Shown here: in pieces, positions 31,323 through 43,320 of the stretch
How the letters are laid out: the number at the start of each line of letters is the position of its first letter
How positions within the stretch are numbered: position 1 is the first letter of the stretch
Virus record (IMG/VR): IMGVR_UViG_2600255157_000003
DNA: 64,000 nt
Source of the DNA: an uncultured virus (IMG/VR IMGVR_UViG_2600255157_000003)
Lineage: Duplodnaviria > Heunggongvirae > Uroviricota > Caudoviricetes
Reading direction: 5' to 3' (one strand)
Made by a program: the position numbers and the translations under genes
The notes under the pieces: model-generated
Told to the model about the DNA's origin: nothing
Databases searched by the model: none
The model's input: the letters and a program-made list of their open reading frames with translations, nothing else

Positions 31323-32660
31323 CTATCTCAGTGTACTTGTTTTTCTATCTGCCCATTCTCTGCAATTAATATTTATAGACAAAGGCAACTCCCATTTTGA
31401 AACTTCATCAATTAATTTCTCTATCTGAACCAAAACTCTGTCTGAATATTTACATACATTTGATTTGTTACAAGTCCGGCAATTTTTAGTATTATTCGTT
31501 TCTGTAATCATTTTCTCACCTCACAATTCATACTTCTTCACTGTGACATCCATCTGTAATCATTATAACTTTATCTGAATTTGCATCTTCAAATAAGCTA
31601 TAAATATTCTTACAATAGCAATGTTCTCCTGTTGTTTCCGTAAGATTGGTCACATAAAAATCATCATTATATTCACTCTTAGTATCGCCAATTACACCAA
31701 AAGCAATATCTCCTCTTTCTGAATCTCCCAGATAAATACCAATGGGTGTATCATCTGAAATATTATTATCGTCACACCACTTCTTTAGCTGCCCTATTGT
31801 TAATGGACTCTGTGTTTTTATAAAACTCACCTCCTTTACACCATGCCATGAAATAAGAAATTCAACCACTATTTATCAAACCAATACACATTAGAATTCT
31901 CTTCTTTTTCCTTATGATAATCTCCAATCCAATGGAATTGTCCATGATCTCTACACCAATCATGACATGCTGCTAAAACATTTGAGAAGTTCACCAGATT
32001 TGAATTTGACATCAAAAATTCCAAATCCAAATTTCTAATAGCATCTATTAATTCTCTCTTATATACTTCTTCGTATGGAATTTTATCAATTATCAAAGTT
32101 AAGTTATCTTTATCAAAACGTACATCTCCACATGTGAAATAATATTTTTCTTCCTCTATTCCATCATGGCAATAAGTATATATTCTACTCTTTAACCTTT
32201 TAATTTTTCCCACACATATCTTCTCAATAAACTCTACTGATGGATCAAAAAACTTGCTTTTATCTAATATATATTTGACTGTATATAATCCGTCTTCTCT
32301 TATTTCAAGACATTTTGTTCCAGAATACATTTGAATAGGAATAGGGGTGTCTTTTACAAGTCCTATCTTTTTTGCATATACCAGAAGATTTTCATTTTTA
32401 CTATGTACTCCAAATGGAATTCCACAAATAATAGAAAATGCAGTTCTGGCATCAAGCCACTTACTTTTCATATATAGACTTTCATCTTCTCTGATTCCTA
32501 CATTATCAGCTTCACCTTTCTCATATATTTCCTTCACCTCATCAAGATTGAAATAAGAATGAGAGCGATTATCATACCACCCAATTTCAATCCATTGGTC
32601 GCTCCATCCACCCATATAATCAGTCATTACACAAATGTTATCTATAAAATATTTCTTCAT
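31323..32660 (-). CDS. Hypothetical ORFs (31323-31511, 31528-~31821, 31869-32660)
   Basis: Co-oriented ORFs with RBSs. Confidence 0.55.
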
Positions 32661-32702
32661 TTATCTCCTTTATATCAAATGAAATTTCGGTTTCAATACT
32701 AT

Positions 32703-33434
32703 TTACGGTTGAAAACTTGGCATCAACTGCAATTTGAACAGATTCTTCTCATGCATCATATCAATTCTCTTCTTTACTTCTCCATCTTCAATTTCACCAG
32801 TACGAATATACTTATCTAATACATCGTAGGTGAATCCAAGATTATCTTCATCCGTCTTTCCACAAAGCCCATCCGTAGGAACTTTATCAATCAATTCATC
32901 TGGCAAGCCTAAAACCCTTCCAATCTCTTTAACTTCTGTAACTGTCAAATTAGATAATGGACTAAAATCACCTGCTGCATCACCATATCTCGTAGCATAT
33001 CCCACCCAATCCTCAGATAAATTACATGTATTCGCAACTCTACCATTCATACTCTGGCTAACTGCATATAAGGTTGACATTCTGATACGAGCCGGAAGAT
33101 TAATAGTAGTCTGGTCACTAATATCTACATTCTCTTTCATCGCATTAAGCACACCATTAACAGCGTCTTCAATAGGAACCGTAACAAATTTAATACCAAG
33201 ATTTCCACACAAGAAATACGAATAATAAATATCGCTTTGCTCTCCATTTGGCATCAATACACCAATTACTCTGTCCTTACCAAGTGCTTCCACACATAAG
33301 GCAGCTACAATAGAACTATCCTTCCCGCCCGAAATTCCAACAACGGCATTACAATCTTTCCCATTTTCTTCAAAGAAATCTCTGATCCATTCCACACATT
33401 TATTTTTTAGCTCTATTGCGTTAAAATCATTCAC
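32703..33434 (-). CDS. nadE: NH3-dependent NAD+ synthetase
   Basis: GISGGKDS, NLPARIRM, GYATRYGD, PTDGL..TDEDNLG. Confidence 0.93.
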   Translation of the reverse strand: MNDFNAIELKNKCVEWIRDFFEENGKDCNAVVGISGGKDSSIVAALCVEALGKDRVIGVLMPNGEQSDIYYSYFLCGNLGIKFVTVPIEDAVNGVLNAMKENVDISDQTTINLPARIRMSTLYAVSQSMNGRVANTCNLSEDWVGYATRYGDAAGDFSPLSNLTVTEVKEIGRVLGLPDELIDKVPTDGLCGKTDEDNLGFTYDVLDKYIRTGEIEDGEVKKRIDMMHEKNLFKLQLMPSFQP

Positions 33435-33855
33435 TTCTCAATTCCTCCCTAACTCGCATTAAAATCTTACCCAATCTATTTTCACCAATACCATTTACAG
33501 TTCCCCAAATCCTATCTCCCCAAGTATTGCCTTCCTCTAAATGTTCATCTCCTGTTGCTAACAACCTATCTCTTAATTCTTCATTTTGAGAAAATTTTGC
33601 CTTGCAGATTTCATACATCCAAACAATCTTAACGGATTCCCAATCAAAATCTTTTCTTAATGTTACATGTCTACCTTTTTTCTTAGCATCTGATGGATTT
33701 AAATTTGCAAAAGTTTTACGTTCATCTTCACTACTTACTTTTTGAGCCTGAAAAGCTGCTTCATTATTTCTATAAGTAATTCCCCTATATGTCACTGGTA
33801 CTTCATAAAAGTTACTGAGGAAAAAATATTTTCCTCTAAACTCATTTATCATCAA
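33427..33855 (-). CDS. NADAR-family N-glycosidase
   Basis: FLSNFY, EAAFQAQK, AKFSQN, LLATG, DRIWG, GENRLGKILM. Confidence 0.9.
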   Translation of the reverse strand: MMINEFRGKYFFLSNFYEVPVTYRGITYRNNEAAFQAQKVSSEDERKTFANLNPSDAKKKGRHVTLRKDFDWESVKIVWMYEICKAKFSQNEELRDRLLATGDEHLEEGNTWGDRIWGTVNGIGENRLGKILMRVREELRSE

Positions 33856-33858
33856 TTA

Positions 33859-35322
33859 CTACCTCCGCCCATATAATCTTTCACGAATATCTAAAAATGT
33901 ATCTTCTTTGACAAGTTCTCCATTTTCAAATACTGCCTTCAGGAGCGTATTATCACTCATTTCAAGAAGTTCATCTCTACATATAAGTTCTCCATTTTCG
34001 CCAGCATATACTCTACAACATCCTTTATGAGATTTCTTCAACTTACTTGTATCAGTTTTAGGGTCTTTATAAATCATCAGCTTCTTTCCATTAATAACTC
34101 CGTATGTTGCTTTCATAGCAATACCAAAAGTGTCTCTTGTTGCTACAATAAGATTACCATTTTCAACGATTGCTGAGAAACAGAAAGCACCAACACCATA
34201 TGCAATACAATTAGCAGCAAAACCACGTATTTCTAATTCAGACCAAATAATATCTACATTTGATAAAGTACACCCATCCCCATAAATGATACCAATATGC
34301 GGATCAAGCACTTTATATCCCTTAGAGTTCACTGTACCACCAAAAATTTCCCACAATTTTTCTACTGTTTTTACTGAAATATCTACAATATCTCCACTAT
34401 CAGGACGAATCAATAACTTACCATTATGATTCATAACATCATCTTTTACTTGTGGAAGAATGTTATTTACCATATTCCAATAATCATAGGTATCTGAAAC
34501 CATACTGAATGATGTATTTGGATAAAGTTCATTCAAAAGACGCTTTACGAATGTTGCCTCATCTCCATCAATGGAATAATTTGCTCCCATAACCGAATGT
34601 TCTGTAGAAACTGCTCCAATGCCCAATCTATTATTTTTACAATCAGCACTATAATACTTATCAATATAGTTGATTGCCGGAATTGTCGATGTCTTATCAA
34701 AAGAAATCAGCCAAGATGCAGAACATCTTGTAGCTTCATCCATACATGACATTCCCCGCATACCAAAATCTGCACAAGCCATAGATGAAGGAATATTTTC
34801 TACAGTCTTTTCATACCACTTATCCGCAATCTGCCTATACATATATCCAATAGTTGCATGACAACATGGTTTCCAAAGTTCTACCTGTAAAATACATTCA
34901 ATCCACTGTACAAGCCACGCAAAACCATCATGTGTATTTGTAATCTCAATACAAGGAACGCCCATAGGCACTAAAGTCCCTTCTGGCAATGCTCTAATTT
35001 GTAGTGGTAAATATCCAAGACTGTGAAGATTAATGATCTTATCCCAATCATAATTCTCTTTTCCGATTTGAATATCCATCGAATCTGTATACAACTCTAA
35101 TACTTCATCTTTTGTCAATGCAAAGAAATTATCATTAAAATACTCAATCAGATATTCTTTAATAAATGCTTGAAGTCCAAAGAATACCATTTTATTCTGA
35201 GTCTTCAACATGGATTTTCTTGGAACCCAATATGAAACCAATTTAGTAAGCCCTGTAGGATACATTCTGTCGTGACACTGTTTATATGTATCAGAAAGCA
35301 ATAATGCCATTGTATTACTCAT
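33859..35322 (-). CDS. NAMPT/NAPRT-fold phosphoribosyltransferase (Namat-like)
   Basis: SDTYK, DFGMRG, STEHS, VSDTYD, IRPDSG, IYGDG. Confidence 0.88.
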   Translation of the reverse strand: MSNTMALLLSDTYKQCHDRMYPTGLTKLVSYWVPRKSMLKTQNKMVFFGLQAFIKEYLIEYFNDNFFALTKDEVLELYTDSMDIQIGKENYDWDKIINLHSLGYLPLQIRALPEGTLVPMGVPCIEITNTHDGFAWLVQWIECILQVELWKPCCHATIGYMYRQIADKWYEKTVENIPSSMACADFGMRGMSCMDEATRCSASWLISFDKTSTIPAINYIDKYYSADCKNNRLGIGAVSTEHSVMGANYSIDGDEATFVKRLLNELYPNTSFSMVSDTYDYWNMVNNILPQVKDDVMNHNGKLLIRPDSGDIVDISVKTVEKLWEIFGGTVNSKGYKVLDPHIGIIYGDGCTLSNVDIIWSELEIRGFAANCIAYGVGAFCFSAIVENGNLIVATRDTFGIAMKATYGVINGKKLMIYKDPKTDTSKLKKSHKGCCRVYAGENGELICRDELLEMSDNTLLKAVFENGELVKEDTFLDIRERLYGRR

Positions 35323-35328
35323 TTTTAT

Positions 35329-36153
35329 TTAAACCTCCATAACTGTAATTTTTTCATGTTCACCTGTGAAAATGCTATTTGTTGTAAACAGCCTCTCTAC
35401 TGTATTATTCTCCAAAGACTTAATCAAAGTGCCCTTCTCCATATTAAGAACCGAATTTTCAGTGTGCGTTGCAAAAGCATAGATTTTATCTACACCATTT
35501 TCTTTCAAAGTATTTGCACTATAATAAAGGGAGCCACCATATGCAATAATGTCATCAATCATAAGAACTGTTTTGCCAGACAAGTTAATACCATTAGACT
35601 TTATATCTAAACCAAGAATCTTTCCTGTATCCCAATCTCTTTTCTTTTCACCATAACAGTATTTGTACTTTGGGAACATATCAGAATATCGTTTTGCTGC
35701 TCCCTCGTCTGGGAAATATAAAATCAAATTCGTATTATCTTTCTCAATCTGCTTAATTACTTCATTAATATAAATCTTTGGAGTTTCTATAATCACATTA
35801 TCAATTAGTGCTGCTCCTACATTACTATGTACATCTAAAATCGTTACTAAATCGAATTTAAGCCAATTAATAACATCTGCAAAACTTTTTAATGTAAATA
35901 CTTCATCTCTTTCGTGAATCCGATCCATTCTTGCATTTGGAAGATAATTCATTTTCAATCTCACTGATTTCGTATAAGGATTATTTCTTAAATGTCTTGT
36001 AATATAAATCAGTGTTGATAACTCTTCTTCCTTTTCGTATCTCCAATCAATGCTGTAATCTCCAGATGCCCTCCACATAGATTCTACTAATAACTTCTGT
36101 GTTCCATCTGGAAAATGATCAATATTAATTACTTCATCATTTACTTTAATCAT
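35329..36153 (-). CDS. PRPP-synthetase-like pyrophosphokinase (Adps-like)
   Basis: FPDG, YLPNARMDR, DVHS, PDEGA, IDDIIAYGGS, ATH. Confidence 0.88.
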   Translation of the reverse strand: MIKVNDEVINIDHFPDGTQKLLVESMWRASGDYSIDWRYEKEEELSTLIYITRHLRNNPYTKSVRLKMNYLPNARMDRIHERDEVFTLKSFADVINWLKFDLVTILDVHSNVGAALIDNVIIETPKIYINEVIKQIEKDNTNLILYFPDEGAAKRYSDMFPKYKYCYGEKKRDWDTGKILGLDIKSNGINLSGKTVLMIDDIIAYGGSLYYSANTLKENGVDKIYAFATHTENSVLNMEKGTLIKSLENNTVERLFTTNSIFTGEHEKITVMEV

Positions 36154-36156
36154 ATG

Positions 36157-36687
36157 CTATTCTCCAATCACATCAATCTGGCACATCTTCATTGTGTCTA
36201 ACGCTGCCTTATGGCTCTCAGGTGTAACACCAGCACAGCAACTTGCATCTACTGTCATTTTTACTTCTGGAAAATATGCTTTCAGCAACAATGCGTTTGA
36301 AACCACGCAAATATCTGTACATAATCCAATAAGTTCAATCTCAAATTCATAACCATATGTAAGTTTTACAATTTCATCAACTAATGTTGCAGATCCAAAT
36401 GTATTTTTTTCGATAATCTTATAATCTTTATCCGATAGTGCTTCCATCACTTTTTCATTTAGTAACCATCCATTTGTCATTTTGATGCAATGAGGAACTG
36501 GAAGTTTTTTACCCTCAGAAGTTTGCAAATAATTGTTGTAATGAGTATCGAGCGTAGCAAAAATCTTACCATCAAAATCTTTAATCTTATTTGTTACATT
36601 ATCTACAATACAAACTGCTTCTTTTGTTCCTAAAGCTCCATCAACAAAATCATTCTGCATGTCTACAACTACTAATACTTTCTTCAT
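36157..36687 (-). CDS. pncA: Nicotinamidase / isochorismatase-family cysteine hydrolase
   Basis: VVDMQNDF, DTH, PHC, EKNTFG, GLCTDICV; lies within the NAD cluster. Confidence 0.8.
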   Translation of the reverse strand: MKKVLVVVDMQNDFVDGALGTKEAVCIVDNVTNKIKDFDGKIFATLDTHYNNYLQTSEGKKLPVPHCIKMTNGWLLNEKVMEALSDKDYKIIEKNTFGSATLVDEIVKLTYGYEFEIELIGLCTDICVVSNALLLKAYFPEVKMTVDASCCAGVTPESHKAALDTMKMCQIDVIGE

Positions 36688-36738
36688 AATTTTTTTCTTC
36701 CTTTCAATCCTATATGCCTTTGAATTATATTTTAATGC

Positions 36739-37227
36739 TTAATTATTGATAATTTCATAAATAATATCATTGTGATATTTACCGTATTTATCCTTAATAG
36801 CATCCCTCAGAACATGCTTAGTACCTCCAAATTTTTCACAAAACTTATCATAATTTTTCTCTACTGAATTACCACCTATCATTCTCCATTCAATTCTATG
36901 TAACTTATAATCATAAATAAGTTTCTTCAATTCCTTATATAAATCCATTCCTACAATTGGATTCCCTCTATCAAAAGAAATTAATCCAAATCTTGAAGCA
37001 CAGGAACTATACCAGTCAACATAGTAGTCCAAATATCCAATAAGTTTTTCTTTCGTATTTACGATTGCATATTGAAATCTCCCTGTTTCAGTTTCTTCTT
37101 GAATATTTGGCAACCAATTATTTAAGCCTCCAGTTTCGTACATCATGTCATCTGAATAATAATATCTTTTAAATGCTTCTTGTATCTCATTTTTCTTTAT
37201 AATCGCAGGTATTAACATCAAAATCAC
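36739..37227 (-). CDS. GNAT-like protein
   Basis: LIGY, LHRIEW..IGGN, KFCEKFGG..LRD. Confidence 0.5.
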   Translation of the reverse strand: MILMLIPAIIKKNEIQEAFKRYYYSDDMMYETGGLNNWLPNIQEETETGRFQYAIVNTKEKLIGYLDYYVDWYSSCASRFGLISFDRGNPIVGMDLYKELKKLIYDYKLHRIEWRMIGGNSVEKNYDKFCEKFGGTKHVLRDAIKDKYGKYHNDIIYEIINN

Positions 37228-37273
37228 CTCACTTTAAATCTTGAAACTCTGGATTCATTGTCTATTTACATAC

Positions 37274-40200
37274 TTAATGCTTTTCACTCCAAAGGATGCC
37301 TTCATAATCTACAGCTTTGTTATATAACTCTCTTAATGTCATACATACTGTTTCATCTGTTAAATGACAGCTAAAAAATGTTGTAGTGTATAATTTTGAT
37401 TCTCCATAACCATGTTTAAGATACACGTTCAACATATCCCACGAAAATTCATCTAATTCAAAAGGATTAAATTCTCCCACGTTTTATATTTCTCCTTTCC
37501 TATATCGATGAAAGCAAAATTTCAAGACTATTTCTTCACTTCATAAGCCACGTTTATCATGTCCTGAGCTTCTTTTAATTTATCTTTTGCTCGTTGCCAC
37601 GCTTGATATGATTTCTGTTTGGGATCTATGTCAAATAAATTTCTTTGTGCATTTGAAATGATAGTTCTTAATCTATCAAAATCAAACTTACCAGCATCAA
37701 TACAGCCAAAATGATTGTTATATTTATCTATAATTATTTTCCTTATTGTACTTCTATCGTCTTCGTATCTTTTCCTTACATCTTCTAAAGTACCTTCTAT
37801 AACTCGTGGATTTCCCCAACTATCATCAAATACATAACCGCCAAAACCCGTTACATATCTAATACAACTATGAGAAGAATTACTCCAAATCTTTTTATTA
37901 TTAGTCGCAGAATAATTTGCATTTTCCTTATATTCCATTCCTAATTCTTCAAAACATTCCCTTGTAATTCCCAACCATGCCTGTCCCTGTTCATATGTAA
38001 AAAGTGTAAAATCTTTGTCATCACCATTAAGAAATGCATTATGAATATATTGGCAACCTGTATCATACTTTGTCTTTTCAAACTGTACTAATAAAGGTTC
38101 ACTTATTTCTTGCTTGGTGTTATAAATTGGTGTCCACAATTGCATAAATTTTCTATATGCAAATTCATCATCAAGACTTTCCCACTCTTCTTCGTAACCG
38201 TCATACTTTCTTTTTGATAACAACTGATTTATTTGCTCATCATACTGTTTAACAGATAATTTTTCTTCGCCACATACATATTCTTTTATGTACTTGTTCT
38301 CTGTAATTATTCTAATGTTAGAAACGTCTTTTACCTGAACCTTAGCTTCACTATATGATTCAACAGTTATTACTTCTCCATCAACAAGGTATTTTCCAGA
38401 TTTTAAGTAAACTACTTTTAGATTTTTATCCTCAATATCTATTCCTTTTAATGGATTTATCGCTGGTGCAACCTCTTTATTCATTTATCCTCTCCTCAAT
38501 TCAACAATGCCGCAATTTCATCCAACTCTAATTCAGTCTTCTTTTCATCAGATAACATCTTGTCCAATTTAGATTCCAATGCTTTCAGCTCCGCTTCTTT
38601 ATTCTTGTACTCGAAAATCTCAATTTTACATCTAATATCTGTGATCCATTCTGCGATGTTATACCCCGAAACTTTCAAACTGATTCCCAAATCTTTAGCA
38701 GACATTAAATACATATTCAATCTAACAAACAACAACTGCAAATCATCAAACTGGAGAACATTCAAATTGTATTTCTGCCCTTCCAAATCTAAAACACAAT
38801 TTGTAAGTGGTGTGAATTTCTTTGATCCTTTTAGTTCTGTTTTCTTTTTATCAATAATCTGCTTTAACTGTAAAACTCTTTCATCATTTTTGCTCATATT
38901 TTGTACTCCTTTTCATATTCTCTACCATTTGCTAGATATTTTTGAATATATTTTGGTTTCATAATTTCATATATTTCTTTTAATTCCATAGGTTTTAAAA
39001 TTTTTGTTTCATAACCCACTCTATATCCATAAGACCATTTATCTTTATCCGCCTTAATATATTTCTTTATTTGGAATTTACCCTTATCATCTCCATAGCA
39101 ATCATCCGCCAAATAAGATTCATCATCACCAGCATGTGAACTTATAAATTTAAAGCTCCTATAATATATTTCTCCATTACTATGTTTTCTAATTCCTAAA
39201 TCCAAAAAATCCCCCAATGTCATATTACATACAACATCTTTTAATGGATCATATGGTGAATAATGATGTGAGCCTTCCAAAGCCCAAAATATATCAGAAT
39301 ATTTTGATGTGCATTTATCATCGACACAACTAATAAATTTATTTTGGGAAATACTTTTAAACTGTTTGAAATTCCATATATCATTATTTTCAGTAGCAAA
39401 CCAATAATATTTTCCATATGGATAGTTGTCTATATAGTCATAATCAATATACTCATAGCCATATCTACCATGTACACGTGGGATTTCTTTCCCTGATTTG
39501 CTTGTTTTTACTTCTCCATTTTCAGTCCACTTATAGCCACTGTCATAATAGTCGAATCTTCCTACATAAATCCATTCTTCGTTATCTTTTGTAAGATATG
39601 TAGCACCTACAATTAAATCTTTTGCTTTAATGCTTTCATTATTATGTACGATTTTGTTATATTCTGTGATCTGCTTATAATCAGGAGACTCCACTGGCAT
39701 AAGTACCAAATCCTTACCGTCCCAGCCATAAACAAATTCTCCTTCGAGTCCTTTACCTTTGATGGAATTTGCATTTTCAAGAATATATAACAGATTTTCA
39801 ATGGTTATCTCAAACTCAAAGTTACGTGGATCATATACTCTACAATATGCTTGACGGTGATCCCATCCCGAAGAATAATCACCAACCTTTTTATTCAGTA
39901 CAAATCCCGTTGTCGGCACATTATCAAATTCTTCATTAGGAATCTTTTTGTCACGCCAACTATTCCAAGATGCTTCTTTTCTCAGTTTGCCTTTTTCGTC
40001 ATAGTAAATTACATATGCCAATTTACCTGTGTAAGTACCAGAACGATTTTGGTATCCTACATTGATTATTTTGGGAATAAATATATTACTTTTCAAGCGA
40101 TTCCTCCTTGTGCTTTTAATTAAGTATACAGTTCTTTTAAATCAATTCCGTATTTATCCAATATTTCCTTTTTTATTTCTAACAGGTAATCGCAATCATC

Positions 40201-40731
40201 TTCATAATTATAAAATTCTCTACATCTAAAATTTTTACGTACAGAATAAGATAGAAAATTCAAAGCTAATAGATTATTATTGGCTACTGGATTGTTATAT
40301 AATTTACGAAATACATGGTTTTGTCTATCTGTCAAATCATCGGTATCATATCCTCCAACAATCAAGTCATCCCTCCTATTTTCTCAATGAAAGAGTTGTT
40401 CTATTGATTATAAAAATTATTCTTTTCAATTTGCCCCATATTGTTCATTAAGATCTTCAAGTTTAACATACTTTATACAATCGTTATGTATAGTTCGTCC
40501 GACACCTGGAACTTGCATATCCATATAGTCAGGATATCTTTTCCAATAACCATGACAATCTAAATAAACAACATCAACTCTATTAATTCCCAAACTTAAC
40601 AATATTTCTGGATTTATCATTAATCCGGAAAAATCTTTCCCGTTTTCACATATTAAACGATTTTTATCAATATCAATTGAATAAAAACAATCAACAAAAA
40701 ATCGTTTATCATTTTGTTCTTCTTTTATCAC
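37274..40731 (-). CDS. Six hypothetical phage ORFs (37274-37480, 37528-38484, 38496-38897, 38894-40096, 40120-40365, 40426-40731)
   Basis: Long, co-oriented, closely packed ORFs; no recognised motifs. Confidence 0.6.
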
Positions 40732-40769
40732 ATTAATTAATCCTTTCTATGAAATGAAAATTTGATTGT

Positions 40770-41228
40770 CTAACACAATTCCCACCAAAAATCATATAAT
40801 TTATGACTTAGGTTCCCCTTTTTTGGTAATTCTCCTTTGTATCTTCAGATCTTTCTATTAGACATTTTTTTATGATAATTGGAATTACTATGCCTTCCTC
40901 TTCCACGATACAATCTCTTATAATATGGTTTTGAATTTTCAACATATCCTTGTGCTTTAATCCAAATTTCGTCAGTATATATAACTGGAGATGGATACCC
41001 TGTTACATTTTCAGCAAGAAATTTAAGATGGTTTCTATGTTTCTGATCACGTTCTCTTTTATTTCTTCTCTTTTGTTTGCATTGATTTTTATGTTTTATT
41101 TCTACACCATAAATATCATTACAATAGCCAAATCTGTAAACATATCCACCGACTTTATCACACCACTGACCGCCTAAAGCATAATTATAATATGGGCAAT
41201 TTTTACATTCCAACATTATCACCACCAT
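40770..41228 (-). pseudogene. Basic Cys-rich protein with an internal TGA at 40845-40847
   Basis: Frame continues RKI*RYKGELPKKGNLSHKLYDFWWELC to TAG at 40770. Confidence 0.6.
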
Positions 41229-42319
41229 TTACAAAACAATATTATTCCACTTCTTGTTCTTTTCATATTTCCACTGAATGTTTCCAAAACTGATTCTCGT
41301 TTCAATTTCTTCTACATTTTTCATAGAAAGTAACCATTCATGATACGCATTCACTTCCTCGTCTGTAGCATCCTGAAATACTTTCCAATGATTAAGAGTT
41401 TTGTCAATCTCCTCTACTGCCCATTCATAATCAGATAATGCAGCTTGTCTCCTAAATTCTGCAAGATACTCTTCTACTTCAGCCTTTGCCTCTTGATATG
41501 TAAAATAAACTTTATCTGGTCTGATGCTCACATGAGTTATATGATGTTGCCACATAGGATATTTCTTGATAATACGAAACCCTTCTTTAGTAATATCTGT
41601 TTCAATATGTCCATGAAAAATTTTATCTGATTTAACAAGTAATCCTGATTCATATGCTTTCTTAATTGACTTTGGCTCATCTATCCGTACACATAATTCA
41701 TTAAATAGTTTTTCATCTTCAGGATCAATTCTCCATTCCAAATCAAATAATTTTGTATTATATGTCCAGTCTTTAGGAAGCTTTCTATATTTTTGATTGT
41801 CCTTAAATTCATCAATCGGAACTCCATCTATATATCTTGTTTCTTTTGGTTCTAATAAATCTATACATACAGCATCAGAAAATTGTTCGTCTACTCTGCC
41901 ATATTTGACGTTGTATTCGTTCCCGCTTTTATTACACCAATAAACAATGTCACCATGATTAAAACGCTTTTCAAACCCTTTTCGGATATCTATCACCAAC
42001 CTTATACTAATTGTAAAATCCCATCATAATTATTGGGACTCCATGCTAAACTATCATCTTTGATATAATGCAATTCTCTGTATTCATCTCCATCTTTTAT
42101 ATAAAGACCATATTCTTTGAGCCATTCATTATTTATATCATTATCTTCTAACGGAGAAAAAATTAATTTGCATTTTTCTTGATGTTTGCCAATCTTTTCT
42201 ATAACAATACTTAGACTTGCTTCAATATTCCAAGCCGACATAATAGCCTTTGGAATTTCTGTTTTCTTTAAAATGAAATGTCCTGAGTCACCACAATAAT
42301 TTTCATAATAAATTCTTAT
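41229..42319 (-). CDS. Two hypothetical ORFs (41229-41999; 42002-42319 with ATA start)
   Basis: GGAGGTG RBS 6 nt before an in-frame ATA at 42319. Confidence 0.6.
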
Positions 42320-42366
42320 TTATATCACCTCCTGCCATAAAACCGATGTTTTAAGTCTATATGTAT

Positions 42367-43188
42367 CTATTCTTCTTTTGTAAAATTCAACATTTCATCT
42401 TTTGCTCTCTGGTAGAAATTACGGTCAATTTCAAAACCGAAAGCACTTCTACCAAGCTCATAAGCGGCTCTCAGTGTTGTGCCTGAACCAGCACAAGGAT
42501 CAATAACCACATCTCCAGCATCAGTAAATATCTCAATCAGCCGTTTTAGAACTGCTACTGGTTTCTGTGCTGGATGGATCTTTGGTATCTCTTTTCCATC
42601 CTTCTTCCATTCAAACCAGTTAAAGATCATATGCCCTGTTCCTGGAATATTTTTACCATTCTCATCAATCTGAATACCATTTCTGAATTTTGGCAACTTG
42701 TCACGATACAAAAGCAACGCATACTCTGTAGCACCTACAACACGCATATTAGCTTTAAGAACTTGTGGACTATAATTTTTACAGAACACAAGTGGTATGT
42801 AATGAATAAATCCATGCTTCTCTGCTGCTTTGATAAGAGTCTGAATCTGTTCAAATGAGCAGAAAACAATCATACAAGGTGAATTACTGCTTCTGCCTCG
42901 TGGTACTGGTTTCGTATCATCTTTTTTAAGCATCTTGGAACAAAAGTGAAAATACTCATACAGATTAAAATTGAAATCAGAATTGAATGCCGCCTTACCA
43001 GCTAATTTACTTTCACCTTTTTTATTATCTCCTCCGTTGTACCACATCGGATTTGAACCGTAAAAATTATTTCCTACGTTATAGGGAACGTCTGCTATGA
43101 TTAATTGAGCAGGACGAATTGCATATTTCTTATAATTCTGCATAGAGTCTCTATACAGTTCACACTTAATTTTCTTTTGATATTCCAT
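42367..43188 (-). CDS. N6A/N4C DNA methyltransferase (beta-type motif order)
   Basis: ADVPY, HPAQKP, DPCAGSGTT, GFEID. Confidence 0.88.
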   Translation of the reverse strand: MEYQKKIKCELYRDSMQNYKKYAIRPAQLIIADVPYNVGNNFYGSNPMWYNGGDNKKGESKLAGKAAFNSDFNFNLYEYFHFCSKMLKKDDTKPVPRGRSSNSPCMIVFCSFEQIQTLIKAAEKHGFIHYIPLVFCKNYSPQVLKANMRVVGATEYALLLYRDKLPKFRNGIQIDENGKNIPGTGHMIFNWFEWKKDGKEIPKIHPAQKPVAVLKRLIEIFTDAGDVVIDPCAGSGTTLRAAYELGRSAFGFEIDRNFYQRAKDEMLNFTKEE

Positions 43189-43320
43189 TCTTTATTAGGA
43201 GTAAATCATGATTTATTCTGCGCAGAAACCTCATTTCCTCCTGTTTTTCATTATTCTAATTTTTGCATATGCTTATTTTGCTTCTACTTTTTGACATACA
43301 ATGAATCGAAATTTTCATTG

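Noticed and set aside
40845..40847. Stop-codon reassignment in the phage
   Set aside because: TGA, TAG and TAA all end many intact genes; isolated internal stops fit point mutations better.
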